In this document: positions 28,089-35,960 of the stretch, in pieces
Layout: every line of letters starts with the position of its first letter
Position numbering within the stretch: the first letter of the stretch is position 1
Sequence record: NC_028945.1
DNA length: 64,000 nucleotides
Strand: one strand, 5' to 3'
Program-made: the position numbers and the translations under genes
The notes under the pieces: model-generated
What the model was told of the DNA's origin: nothing
Databases searched by the model: none
Seen by the model: the letters and a program-made list of their open reading frames with translations, nothing else

Positions 28089-28357
28089 TGGCAAAGCTGA
28101 AATTCGAAGAAGACACGCTCTACATCATTCGGTCGAAGCTTGAAGACGACACCGATGACGATATTTTCATCTATTACGAATCCCCGAACGCTTGGTCGGT
28201 AATGTTGTCCACGGCAACGATCTTCCGCACCTACGAAATCGCCGAAGAGCATTTGGTTGCCGCCTACAACTATAACGGTAAAGACGGTTCAATCACTGAT
28301 ATCGTCCCGTTGCGTGGAGAAGTGGCGAGGGTGAGACAAAGTCAAAGCGAACAATAG
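28088..28357 (+). CDS. Hypothetical protein
   Basis: TAATG coupling. Confidence 0.6.
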   Translation: MAKLKFEEDTLYIIRSKLEDDTDDDIFIYYESPNAWSVMLSTATIFRTYEIAEEHLVAAYNYNGKDGSITDIVPLRGEVARVRQSQSEQ

Positions 28358-28371
28358 GATCAATACTTTAA

Positions 28372-29616
28372 GTGACATTCGAATTAACGACGCATCAACA
28401 AGAAGCTGCCGATCTAACAAAGCAGTGGTTTAAAGACAAAGAACACCATTACGAAAATCCAATTTTCCGTCTATTCGGTTACGCCGGTACAGGTAAGACC
28501 ACCATCACCAACAAAATCATTGAACAGCTTGACCTAACCATGGGTGAGGACGTCAAGTTCGCTGCCTATACTGGCAAGGCTGCTATGGTGATGCGGCGCA
28601 ATCTACTCCCCGCCTCCACGATCCATTCGATGATCTATCACGTTGTAGAGGCGGACGAAAAGGCGGTCGAAAAGCTACGGCAACAACTCCACGATCCCTA
28701 TGTCAGTGAATTCGAGCGCGGACGTATCCGGGCGGAACTGAACGAAATTTCCAAACCGCGTTTCCAGCTTCGTGAAAGGGGCGATCCCTCTCTGAAAGGG
28801 GTAAAGCTTCTTGTGCTGGACGAATGTTCGATGGTCAATGCGGAAATGCTTCTCGACTTGTTTACATTCGAAATTCCGATGCTGGTGCTAGGCGATCCCG
28901 GACAGCTTCCGCCAATCGAAGGCAGGAGTCCGCTTACTGATGTTCGCCCGGATGCGATGTTGACGGAAATCCATCGACAGGCAGAAGGCAACCCGATCAT
29001 CTATCTTGCGACCCGCGCCCGGAAAGGCTATGACCTGAAGTTTGGCGAATATGCCAACAGCCGCGTAATTTCCAAGCGGTCGCTCACGCAAGGAATGATG
29101 AAGTCTTTCGATCAAATCCTCGTCGGCAAGAACACCACCCGTCGCGAAATCAATGAACGAATGCGCGATATCAGGGGCTTCACTGGTCGTTATCCGCAAG
29201 TCGGCGAAAAGCTGATTTGCCTTCGCAACAATCCCGAATTCGGTCTATTCAACGGCATGATTTGCTATGTCGAGGAAGTCGGTTTCGGCGACAAGCTTAG
29301 TATTGAATTGAAGATTCGCCGGGAGACTGATGCCGAAGGTGATCCGCCGACATCAGTGTATGCTCTGCGCGCACATTTCGACATGTACGATAATGAGCAT
29401 GCCATGGATAACGTCAAATTGGGTGATCGGCTGTCGGTCAACGAATTTGACTACGGCTACGCCATTACGGTACACAAAGCGCAAGGTTCCGCTTGGGATA
29501 ACGTTTGCCTGATCGATGACGGCATGTTCGCCGGATGGGGCAAGCAGGGTGACCGCGAACGATGGCTCTATACGGCTATCAGTCGAGCGGCGGAACGGGT
29601 TACAGTGGCGGTTTAA
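28372..29616 (+). CDS. dda: SF1B DNA helicase (Dda/RecD-like)
   Basis: GYAGTGKTT, LDECSMV, GDPGQLPPI, YAITVHKAQGS, LYTAISRA. Confidence 0.9.
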   Translation: MTFELTTHQQEAADLTKQWFKDKEHHYENPIFRLFGYAGTGKTTITNKIIEQLDLTMGEDVKFAAYTGKAAMVMRRNLLPASTIHSMIYHVVEADEKAVEKLRQQLHDPYVSEFERGRIRAELNEISKPRFQLRERGDPSLKGVKLLVLDECSMVNAEMLLDLFTFEIPMLVLGDPGQLPPIEGRSPLTDVRPDAMLTEIHRQAEGNPIIYLATRARKGYDLKFGEYANSRVISKRSLTQGMMKSFDQILVGKNTTRREINERMRDIRGFTGRYPQVGEKLICLRNNPEFGLFNGMICYVEEVGFGDKLSIELKIRRETDAEGDPPTSVYALRAHFDMYDNEHAMDNVKLGDRLSVNEFDYGYAITVHKAQGSAWDNVCLIDDGMFAGWGKQGDRERWLYTAISRAAERVTVAV

Positions 29617-29832
29617 ATGATCAAATCATATGATGAAATAACACCCGGATACTGGTACATGTTCACCTCACACAGACCGGGATACACCGTGGTCGAAGTT
29701 ATGATCGGTGTCTTTGGTGAATGGGATGGTGTCAAGATGGTCTATACCATCGGCGCGGACGAACCCCATGAAATCGAGGTTTACGTGCCCGAACAGTTCA
29801 TTTGTGAAGTGCCACATCCCATATCTCTATAG
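29617..29832 (+). CDS. Hypothetical protein
   Basis: Abuts helicase stop. Confidence 0.55.
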   Translation: MIKSYDEITPGYWYMFTSHRPGYTVVEVMIGVFGEWDGVKMVYTIGADEPHEIEVYVPEQFICEVPHPISL

Positions 29833-29851
29833 CAGTAAAATAATTTCTTAT

Positions 29852-29900
29852 AATTTGAAAATTCCCTGTTGACATCAGCGGGGAATTTTTCTATTTTCAA
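29852..29900 (+). promoter_or_regulatory. Early promoter whose -35 sits inside a terminator-like hairpin
   Basis: AAAATTCCCTGTTGACATCAGCGGGGAATTTTT. Confidence 0.75.
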
Positions 29901-29939
29901 AACATAAGAGAGAAACAGAAAAACAGAGAGGTTCTTCCG

Positions 29940-30191
29940 ATGAACGTAGCACGAGTTTACCGCAATGCTGTTGTTGTCCTGAAGCCGTCGAAGGCCCGCA
30001 TGGCTCGCGTCATGGCTGAAGGTGCCGCGCTTCATGCGCAAGCGAAGAAGATCGTCGCCGAACAGCTTGCGACCGGCAGAACCGCCCGCGAACTCTATGA
30101 CGCCGCCTGTGCCGTGCGAACCGAGTTCGACAGCAAGCTTGAACGCGAAATCCGCGTCACCCTTCTTGGTCTTGTTCGCAAGTCCGCTTAA
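29940..30191 (+). CDS. Hypothetical early protein
   Basis: GAGAGG leader. Confidence 0.65.
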   Translation: MNVARVYRNAVVVLKPSKARMARVMAEGAALHAQAKKIVAEQLATGRTARELYDAACAVRTEFDSKLEREIRVTLLGLVRKSA

Positions 30192-30219
30192 CCAATTTTC
30201 GAAACGAAGGAATAATTCG

Positions 30220-30426
30220 ATGGAATACGTCAATCTTCAAGTAGGCGCGACTCGCTTCCGTGAAGCACTGAAGAACCTGAACCGTCGCGACCGGCTGGCG
30301 ATGATCCGGACGATGTTCCCGGACCTATCGAACGAAGCGAAGCACAAGCTTTGCGACAATCTCGACACCGCCAAGGTTGTGTCCGGCACGCAACTTCGTC
30401 TCCCGGCTGAAATGGTGGCGGCATGA
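30220..30426 (+). CDS. Hypothetical protein
   Basis: AAGGA + ATG 30220. Confidence 0.6.
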   Translation: MEYVNLQVGATRFREALKNLNRRDRLAMIRTMFPDLSNEAKHKLCDNLDTAKVVSGTQLRLPAEMVAA

Positions 30427-30860
30427 GCAAACCGCGCACTGTCGCCACTCTCAACGACTCGGCATCGGTCATCTTCCGTGTTGAGACCAATTATCCCGGC
30501 TCAACGCCGGATGGTTTCGGCACATATGCGGCATATGCCTTCATCCACAATTCGTCCGTGGATGAACTGAACAATCGGGTTGCGTCTCGAAAGCATATGG
30601 CAATCTGGACTCATCGTGAAATGTTCCGTGACAACATGATAACAGAGCCGGGATTGTATGATGGTTACGTTACGGAAACGATGGATTTCCAAATTCCAGA
30701 AGATGCTTTCCGCGTGGCTCGATTCATACAAAACGAATGCCAATTGATGTGCGGTTATGAACACGGGACCGAATGGGAAAAGAATCATCGCGGTCCGATC
30801 AAAACCCGTGTCGTCATGATATCGTCCCGCAAAACCATTCACGAAGTTGTAGAGGCATGA
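30423..30860 (+). CDS. Hypothetical protein
   Basis: ATGA overlap. Confidence 0.6.
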   Translation: MSKPRTVATLNDSASVIFRVETNYPGSTPDGFGTYAAYAFIHNSSVDELNNRVASRKHMAIWTHREMFRDNMITEPGLYDGYVTETMDFQIPEDAFRVARFIQNECQLMCGYEHGTEWEKNHRGPIKTRVVMISSRKTIHEVVEA

Positions 30861-31024
30861 CAATGATGACCCTTCTTCCTGTTGTCGTCGCGACCATCGC
30901 ATGTTGGTTCGCCGGTTACTTTTGCGGGATACACCGCGAACGGGTGGTTTGGAACCAACTGATCAAGGAAGGCAAGCTTCCGAAGCCGGGACAAGCTCAC
31001 CAATGGGGAAGAAACGCCAGATAA
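30857..31024 (+). CDS. Small membrane protein
   Basis: One TM segment; ATGA overlap. Confidence 0.5.
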   Translation: MTMMTLLPVVVATIACWFAGYFCGIHRERVVWNQLIKEGKLPKPGQAHQWGRNAR

Positions 31025-31027
31025 GGC

Positions 31028-31119
31028 GAGACCCCGGTCGCGGGCGAGTGAGGGGACACTTCAGGGGCGCGACCGAGGTCTCTAAGCAGGGGCAAGCTTG
31101 CGGCGGTTCGTCCCTGCTT
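31028..31119. other. Two adjacent GC-rich stem-loops (possible structured RNA)
   Basis: 31028-31042 pairs with 31068-31082 (14/15); 31084-31092 pairs with 31111-31119. Confidence 0.55.
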
Positions 31120-31275
31120 CATTCCGGTCTACGCGCGTGTTCTGATTCGGTCAACCAACCGGCGACTTTATCCACAAGCAAAATAATTCGAAATAATTTG
31201 AAATTCCTATTGACGGCGGTCTTCGGATCGCCTAATTTGTTTTCAGAAAGAGTTTTCAACAAAGAGGTTCTTCTG

Positions 31276-32064
31276 ATGAATACCGCTGCTGCTGACAAAA
31301 AGATGACTGTTCTCGTGTATTGCATAACCGGCGCGAAGAACGCCATGTACACGATCCGCACGCAGCGCGTCATTCCCGGCATGATGATCGCCTGTAACGA
31401 TCACTACGTTTGTAACGTCGCCGCGACCGAAGAGAAAGCCGAAGAGAAGGCACTTGCCTATTGTGCCCGCATGCAAGAGCGCATGGGCGATAGCGTCGTT
31501 GTCGAGTACATCGGCTTTGATGGTGGCGACATCATCAAGCGGCGCGGCAAGCTGTCGGCATACGACACGCAAGCCATCGAAGACATCGAAGCCGGTGAAT
31601 TCCCGTTCGGCAAGCACAAGGGCGAAAGGATCGTTGATGCTCCGGACGGCTATATCACGTGGCTTGCCGATCAGATGAACAACCCCGCGCTGAAGCCGGT
31701 TATGGCGGCACTCGCTGCCGTTGCCTACGGTGTCGCGATTGAACGCGGTCTGTTCGCCAAGCGGGAAGCCCGCAAGCTTGAACTTCAGGAAATGGAAGCC
31801 AAATCCAACTTCGTCGGCACCATCGGCGAACGCCGGGAATTCGAAGGCGAATTGATTTCGGTCTTCGGGATCAAGAACGATCCGTCTGACATGGGCGTTG
31901 CCTATTACGTCAACAAGATCAAGATGGGTGATGACATCATTGTTTACGCCGGGAACAAGCTTGGCGAACGTGGTGACACCCTGAAGATCAAGGCGACGAT
32001 CAAGGCTCACAAGGAATACAAGGGCGCGAAAACCACGAAGGTTAACCGCCCGAAGGTACTGTGA
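31276..32064 (+). CDS. Hypothetical protein with FGKHKG (DUF3820-like) motif and probable C-terminal OB fold
   Basis: FPFGKHKGERI...YITW; FVGTIGERREFEG...; promoter cassette upstream, start 31276. Confidence 0.7.
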   Translation: MNTAAADKKMTVLVYCITGAKNAMYTIRTQRVIPGMMIACNDHYVCNVAATEEKAEEKALAYCARMQERMGDSVVVEYIGFDGGDIIKRRGKLSAYDTQAIEDIEAGEFPFGKHKGERIVDAPDGYITWLADQMNNPALKPVMAALAAVAYGVAIERGLFAKREARKLELQEMEAKSNFVGTIGERREFEGELISVFGIKNDPSDMGVAYYVNKIKMGDDIIVYAGNKLGERGDTLKIKATIKAHKEYKGAKTTKVNRPKVL

Positions 32065-32368
32065 AGCGACCGTTTGAAGGAAAGGAAACCGGAATGTATA
32101 CCCTTTATGAGGTCACGCTCATTCTCGCATCGGGTGTAATCACTGGCTTCGTTCTCGGAATTACATTTTCAATATTCGCTCAAAATCGGAGGAAATAGGT
32201 CATGACAAAGAAAAACCCCCGCGAAGACTTTCTTCAGTTGCTTGAAGAGTTCATCAATAAGACGTCTGCTATCGACCTGAAGACACCGTGGCAAGATGTC
32301 GAACCGAAATGGTGGCTGAAAATGATTGAACTTCGACAGGAAGCGATCAATGCACGGGAGGAATTCCT

Positions 32369-32632
32369 ATGACACAGACTCGCTCATACAACGACGTCAC
32401 CTTCAAATCGCGTCCGAATACCGGCGATCCATCCCGCATCATTTGGGATGGTGGTGTGAAGGGCGGAATGATCTTTGTCAGTACGGACGGTAAGTATGGT
32501 AATTCGAGCGAATGGTTCGATACCTTCGAAGAAGCCGCCGACGTAACGATCAGACGGTGTCATGCCGTCTATCTCAAAGCAAAGAAGCTCGTGGAAGAAT
32601 ACGAGGGAAAGAAGAAGAGGAAGAAGACATGA
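32369..32632 (+). CDS. Hypothetical protein
   Basis: GGGAGG RBS. Confidence 0.6.
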   Translation: MTQTRSYNDVTFKSRPNTGDPSRIIWDGGVKGGMIFVSTDGKYGNSSEWFDTFEEAADVTIRRCHAVYLKAKKLVEEYEGKKKRKKT

Positions 32633-32838
32633 CCATGAAGGAAATCCCGATCAGCGCCGCCAAGAAGATCGCCGAAGAATACGGTTATGATCAAGTCGTG
32701 ATCTATGCCCGACGTTGTCACGACACGCCAGAACCGCACGGCGAACACATGACGACTTACGGGCGGACGCGCGAGCATTGCGATGTTGCCGCTCGTATGG
32801 GCGACGTGCTCAAGAAATTCATGGGGTGGAGCGTATAA
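32629..32838 (+). CDS. Hypothetical protein
   Basis: IPISAAKKIAEEYGYDQVVIYA. Confidence 0.6.
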   Translation: MTMKEIPISAAKKIAEEYGYDQVVIYARRCHDTPEPHGEHMTTYGRTREHCDVAARMGDVLKKFMGWSV

Positions 32839-32931
32839 AAATTCAAAATAATTCCGAATTCCTATTGACGGGGTTTGGAATTTGATTTAGTTTCAAGTCA
32901 TAGAGTTGATTTGAAACAGAGAGATTTCGTC

Positions 32932-33195
32932 ATGACCCATTTCGTCAATTCCGCCCATCGCGCCGCTCTTGAAGCAATGTCTCTTGAGCAACTGAAGACT
33001 CGCCTGTCCGACATCGAAGCCGCTGGCAAGAAAGCCAAAGCCGCGATGATGACGCCGGACGGCAACCGCGTCGTCTCGCTCACCATGTTCGCCGGTCGCC
33101 GCTCCGATGTGACCGCTGCCGAAGCGGCTTACAACTCCTGCCGCATGGCGTGGAAAGACGTCATGACCGTCATCAACGAACGCGAAGCCGCGTAA
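32932..33195 (+). CDS. Hypothetical early protein
   Basis: Promoter cassette with TTGAC at 32865. Confidence 0.65.
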   Translation: MTHFVNSAHRAALEAMSLEQLKTRLSDIEAAGKKAKAAMMTPDGNRVVSLTMFAGRRSDVTAAEAAYNSCRMAWKDVMTVINEREAA

Positions 33196-33210
33196 AGAAA
33201 GGTTCTTCCG

Positions 33211-33467
33211 ATGACCAAGAAGTTGATGACAAGCAAGCGTATCTCTTCTGGACTTTACGAAGTCACGGCAAATGGTCGTGTTTTCGAAATCGAAGATGCG
33301 TACCAAAGCCCGCGCCGATGGAGAAGGGTTCCGAAACGATTGGAACCTGTTTGAAATGATCGATTATGGCAACGGCGTGGACCGTGAATATTGCCAGAGT
33401 TTTTTGCTCCAAACGCGATGCCATGGCGGCTGTCGAAGCCTTGGCAATTCGTGGCGAAGAAAACTAA
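33211..33467 (+). pseudogene. 84-aa gene broken by two +1 homopolymer insertions (or sequencing errors)
   Basis: Removing one A near 33307 and one T near 33404 gives a continuous ORF from GAAAGG+ATG to TAA. Confidence 0.6.
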
Positions 33468-33494
33468 AAAACAACCGAAGAAAGGTTCCCGACC

Positions 33495-33833
33495 ATGGGT
33501 CTCACAGTCAACGTTTACAAGTCCGGCACCTACGATTGTACGCTGAACGGCATTTCCAGCCACACCGACCGCATTTGCGTCGTCAACATGTCCGGACCCT
33601 TCGAACCGGACGTATCGACGCCAGCGGCGATCCTCGTGGTGAATCCGGTAGGAAATCCGGTGATCAAGCCCGCGATCCAGCGCGAGTCGGACGGCGAATG
33701 GGTGGTCGCTCCCGGCTGGTGGATGAACGGCAGCAACCTTGCGGCAAGCAGCGACTCCCGCTTCGGCGAAGCCGTCCGCAAGCTGAACCCCGGCTTTTAC
33801 GGCGGTCTCTACATCCACGACAGGCAGGAATAA
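33495..33833 (+). CDS. Conserved phage hypothetical protein
   Basis: MGLTVNVYKSGTYDCTLNGISS...MNGSNLAASSDSRF. Confidence 0.75.
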   Translation: MGLTVNVYKSGTYDCTLNGISSHTDRICVVNMSGPFEPDVSTPAAILVVNPVGNPVIKPAIQRESDGEWVVAPGWWMNGSNLAASSDSRFGEAVRKLNPGFYGGLYIHDRQE

Positions 33834-33925
33834 ACTCAAAATAATTCCAAATTCCTCTTGACGACGCCGAGAACTTCATTTAGTTTCAAGTTATAAGTTC
33901 TTCTGAAAACGAAAGGTTCCCTGAT

Positions 33926-34879
33926 ATGGCACATGATCTTGAAATGGTAAATGGCAAGGCGTCGATGGCGTGGGCTGGCGAAGTGCCGTGGCACGGTCTT
34001 GGTGTCGAGGTATCGAACGACTTGACGGCACACGAAATGATGGTAGCCGCTGGTCTCGATTGGCGCGTGGATGAGGTCGAAACCTTCGCTATTGTAAACG
34101 GGCAACACATCCCGACCGGCATGAAGGCGCTGCTTCGCGAAACCGATAACAAGGTCTTGACGCAAGTCGGCAAAAACTGGCATCCCGTTCAGAACGAAGA
34201 AGCTTTCGAATTTTTCAAAGACTTCGTTGACGAGGGGCACATGGAAATGAACACTGCCGGTTCCTTGAACGGTGGCAAAATGGTGTGGGCGCTGGCGAAA
34301 ATCAAAGATAATTTCTTTGACGTGTTCAACGGTGATCGTACCGAGGGATTTTTGCTCTTTTCCAACCCACACGAGTATGGTAAGACCATCGACATTCGGT
34401 TCACGGCGACTCGGGCGGTCTGCCGGAACACGGTGGCGATGGCTCTGAACGGCGGTTCGACCAATTTCGTCAAAGTAAACCACCGTAAAGCATTCGATGC
34501 CGAAATGGTCAAAGAAGCCATGGGCATCGCATCGACCAAGATGGACCGCTTCAAACAGATGGCGGAATATCTCGGTTCCAAGCGTACCACCAAGGACACG
34601 CTTCACGAGTACTTCGGGGAACTTCTCGGGAAATCCGAGAAGAAAGAGGGGCGGCTTTCCCGCAATGGCGAAATTGCGATGGAATTGATTGAAACTCAAC
34701 CCGGACACGAGTTTGCGGAAGGTTCGTGGTGGCAAGCCTTCAATACGATCACGTACATGACGAATCATGTGCTTGGTCGCGGGAATGATACCCGGATGCA
34801 ATCTGTCTGGTATGGCGCGAATCAGAACCTCAATGCCAAGGCTCTTGAAGAGGCATTGAAAATGGCTGAAGTAGCATAA
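33926..34879 (+). CDS. DUF932 / LGT_TIGR03299-family protein
   Basis: AWAGEVPWHGLG, LDWRV, VQNEEAFEFF, TAGSL.GG..VWALA, R.VC.NT. Confidence 0.88.
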   Translation: MAHDLEMVNGKASMAWAGEVPWHGLGVEVSNDLTAHEMMVAAGLDWRVDEVETFAIVNGQHIPTGMKALLRETDNKVLTQVGKNWHPVQNEEAFEFFKDFVDEGHMEMNTAGSLNGGKMVWALAKIKDNFFDVFNGDRTEGFLLFSNPHEYGKTIDIRFTATRAVCRNTVAMALNGGSTNFVKVNHRKAFDAEMVKEAMGIASTKMDRFKQMAEYLGSKRTTKDTLHEYFGELLGKSEKKEGRLSRNGEIAMELIETQPGHEFAEGSWWQAFNTITYMTNHVLGRGNDTRMQSVWYGANQNLNAKALEEALKMAEVA

Positions 34880-34965
34880 GACCTGACTTACCAAGTCCAG
34901 CCATAAATAATCCGGAGAGAGGAAATTTTACCGCCTCTCTCCATTACCCATCGGGAGCCATTCAA

Positions 34966-35313
34966 TTGCTGTCAATCCTTCTGATTTCGGTGCCGACCCT
35001 TCTCTATGCCTTCGGCATCCTGCCTACCCTTGCGATCACCTTCCTCACGGTGATGCTTTGTGTCACGGCGACCGTGCGATATTTCTCCTTCGCCATGGTC
35101 CTGTCCGGTCTGGTCAAGCCCGCTCCTTCGGACTTGGAATCCACGAAAATCCAGTGGTTCTACACTGCCGCCTCTCTGGTCTCCATGTGTGCGATGTGGT
35201 TTGGCGGTCCGCTATGGGCAACGGTCTACTTCGGTGTGACCATCCCTATATCACTCTACTATCTCACGAAGATGACACTCTCTGTCAACGAAAGCCTCAA
35301 AGAAGAAGCTTGA
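34966..35313 (+). CDS. Multi-pass membrane protein
   Basis: Three to four hydrophobic helices; TTG start. Confidence 0.6.
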   Translation: MLSILLISVPTLLYAFGILPTLAITFLTVMLCVTATVRYFSFAMVLSGLVKPAPSDLESTKIQWFYTAASLVSMCAMWFGGPLWATVYFGVTIPISLYYLTKMTLSVNESLKEEA

Positions 35314-35346
35314 TCGGGCAATAGAGAAATCTTGACGAAATCAGAT

Positions 35347-35378
35347 TCCCGCTGGTCCTTGGATTGGCGGGCTTTTTC
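35347..35378 (+). terminator. Intrinsic terminator
   Basis: CCCGCTGGTCC..GGATTGGCGGG-CTTTTT. Confidence 0.65.
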
Positions 35379-35385
35379 GTGGCTG

Positions 35386-35392
35386 ATAAATA
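35386..35392 (+). promoter_or_regulatory. T4-type late promoter with no downstream ORF
   Basis: ATAAATA followed by a hairpin-rich non-coding segment. Confidence 0.5.
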
Positions 35393-35544
35393 GCTTCAGG
35401 GAACCTTGAAGGGGAAGAGCGAATCAGGTAACAGATGCCTTCGGCATTCGCTTCGCTCATTGTAACCGGATTCTAACGGGAATGGAATCCGACTCCCCGA
35501 ATCACCAGTAACAATCTTAATATATTTCATACAGGACATTCCTG

Positions 35545-35572
35545 ATTATACAGAGTTTTTCAAACCTGTCAA
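35545..35572 (-). promoter_or_regulatory. Consensus sigma70 promoter, leftward
   Basis: Minus strand TTGACA-N16-TATAAT. Confidence 0.75.
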
Positions 35573-35644
35573 GCATTATTTCATTTTATTCACAAAAATC
35601 TGATCGCATTTTAAGTTTTTAAATTTTTTAAATTCGTTGAAAAA

Positions 35645-35692
35645 CCACCAAATATGGCGTGTCGGTCGCATTCGATCCACTAAATATCCACA
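35645..35692. promoter_or_regulatory. Candidate tandem NrdR boxes
   Basis: CCACCAAATATGGCGT and CCACTAAATATCCACA, 32 bp apart, upstream of nrdJ. Confidence 0.45.
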
Positions 35693-35710
35693 CGTCCTCA
35701 AAATTAATAA

Positions 35711-35739
35711 TTGATATCGAATGCCAAATCTCCTATACT
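35711..35739 (+). promoter_or_regulatory. sigma70 promoter of nrdJ
   Basis: TTGATA-N17-TATACT. Confidence 0.7.
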
Positions 35740-35748
35740 GTCATACAC

Positions 35749-35808
35749 AAGCCGGGAATGCGGGATCACTGAATGTGATGACCCTTCATAGCATCCCGGC
35801 TTCTTTTT
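35749..35808 (+). terminator. Long hairpin + U tract in the nrdJ leader (attenuator candidate)
   Basis: AAGCCGGGAATGC...GCATCCCGGCTT-CTTTTT with inner ATCAC/GTGAT stem. Confidence 0.55.
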
Positions 35809-35960
35809 GCGACCTGTCTACGGTCCACACTATCCCTTAATCATGAACCTATCGACTCCGCTTCGGCTCATTTCCCGTGATCCGAACTCGTAAACCTGTC
35901 TTTTCAATTTTCAAAACCGGAGAACAAAATCCGGAATAATAATTAGAGGTTCCTAATTAA

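Noticed and set aside
30901-31275. 125-aa N-terminal extension of the 31276 gene in the ORF track
   Set aside because: It runs through hairpins and a promoter cassette; the RBS-like leader points to ATG 31276.
33272-33844. 190-aa ORF in the track
   Set aside because: A chimera of the middle frame of the broken 33211 gene and an off-frame read of 33495..33833.
35740-35960. Cobalamin riboswitch upstream of nrdJ
   Set aside because: The conserved B12-box/GGGAA...GCCACTG pattern was not recognisable; kept only as an unknown leader.
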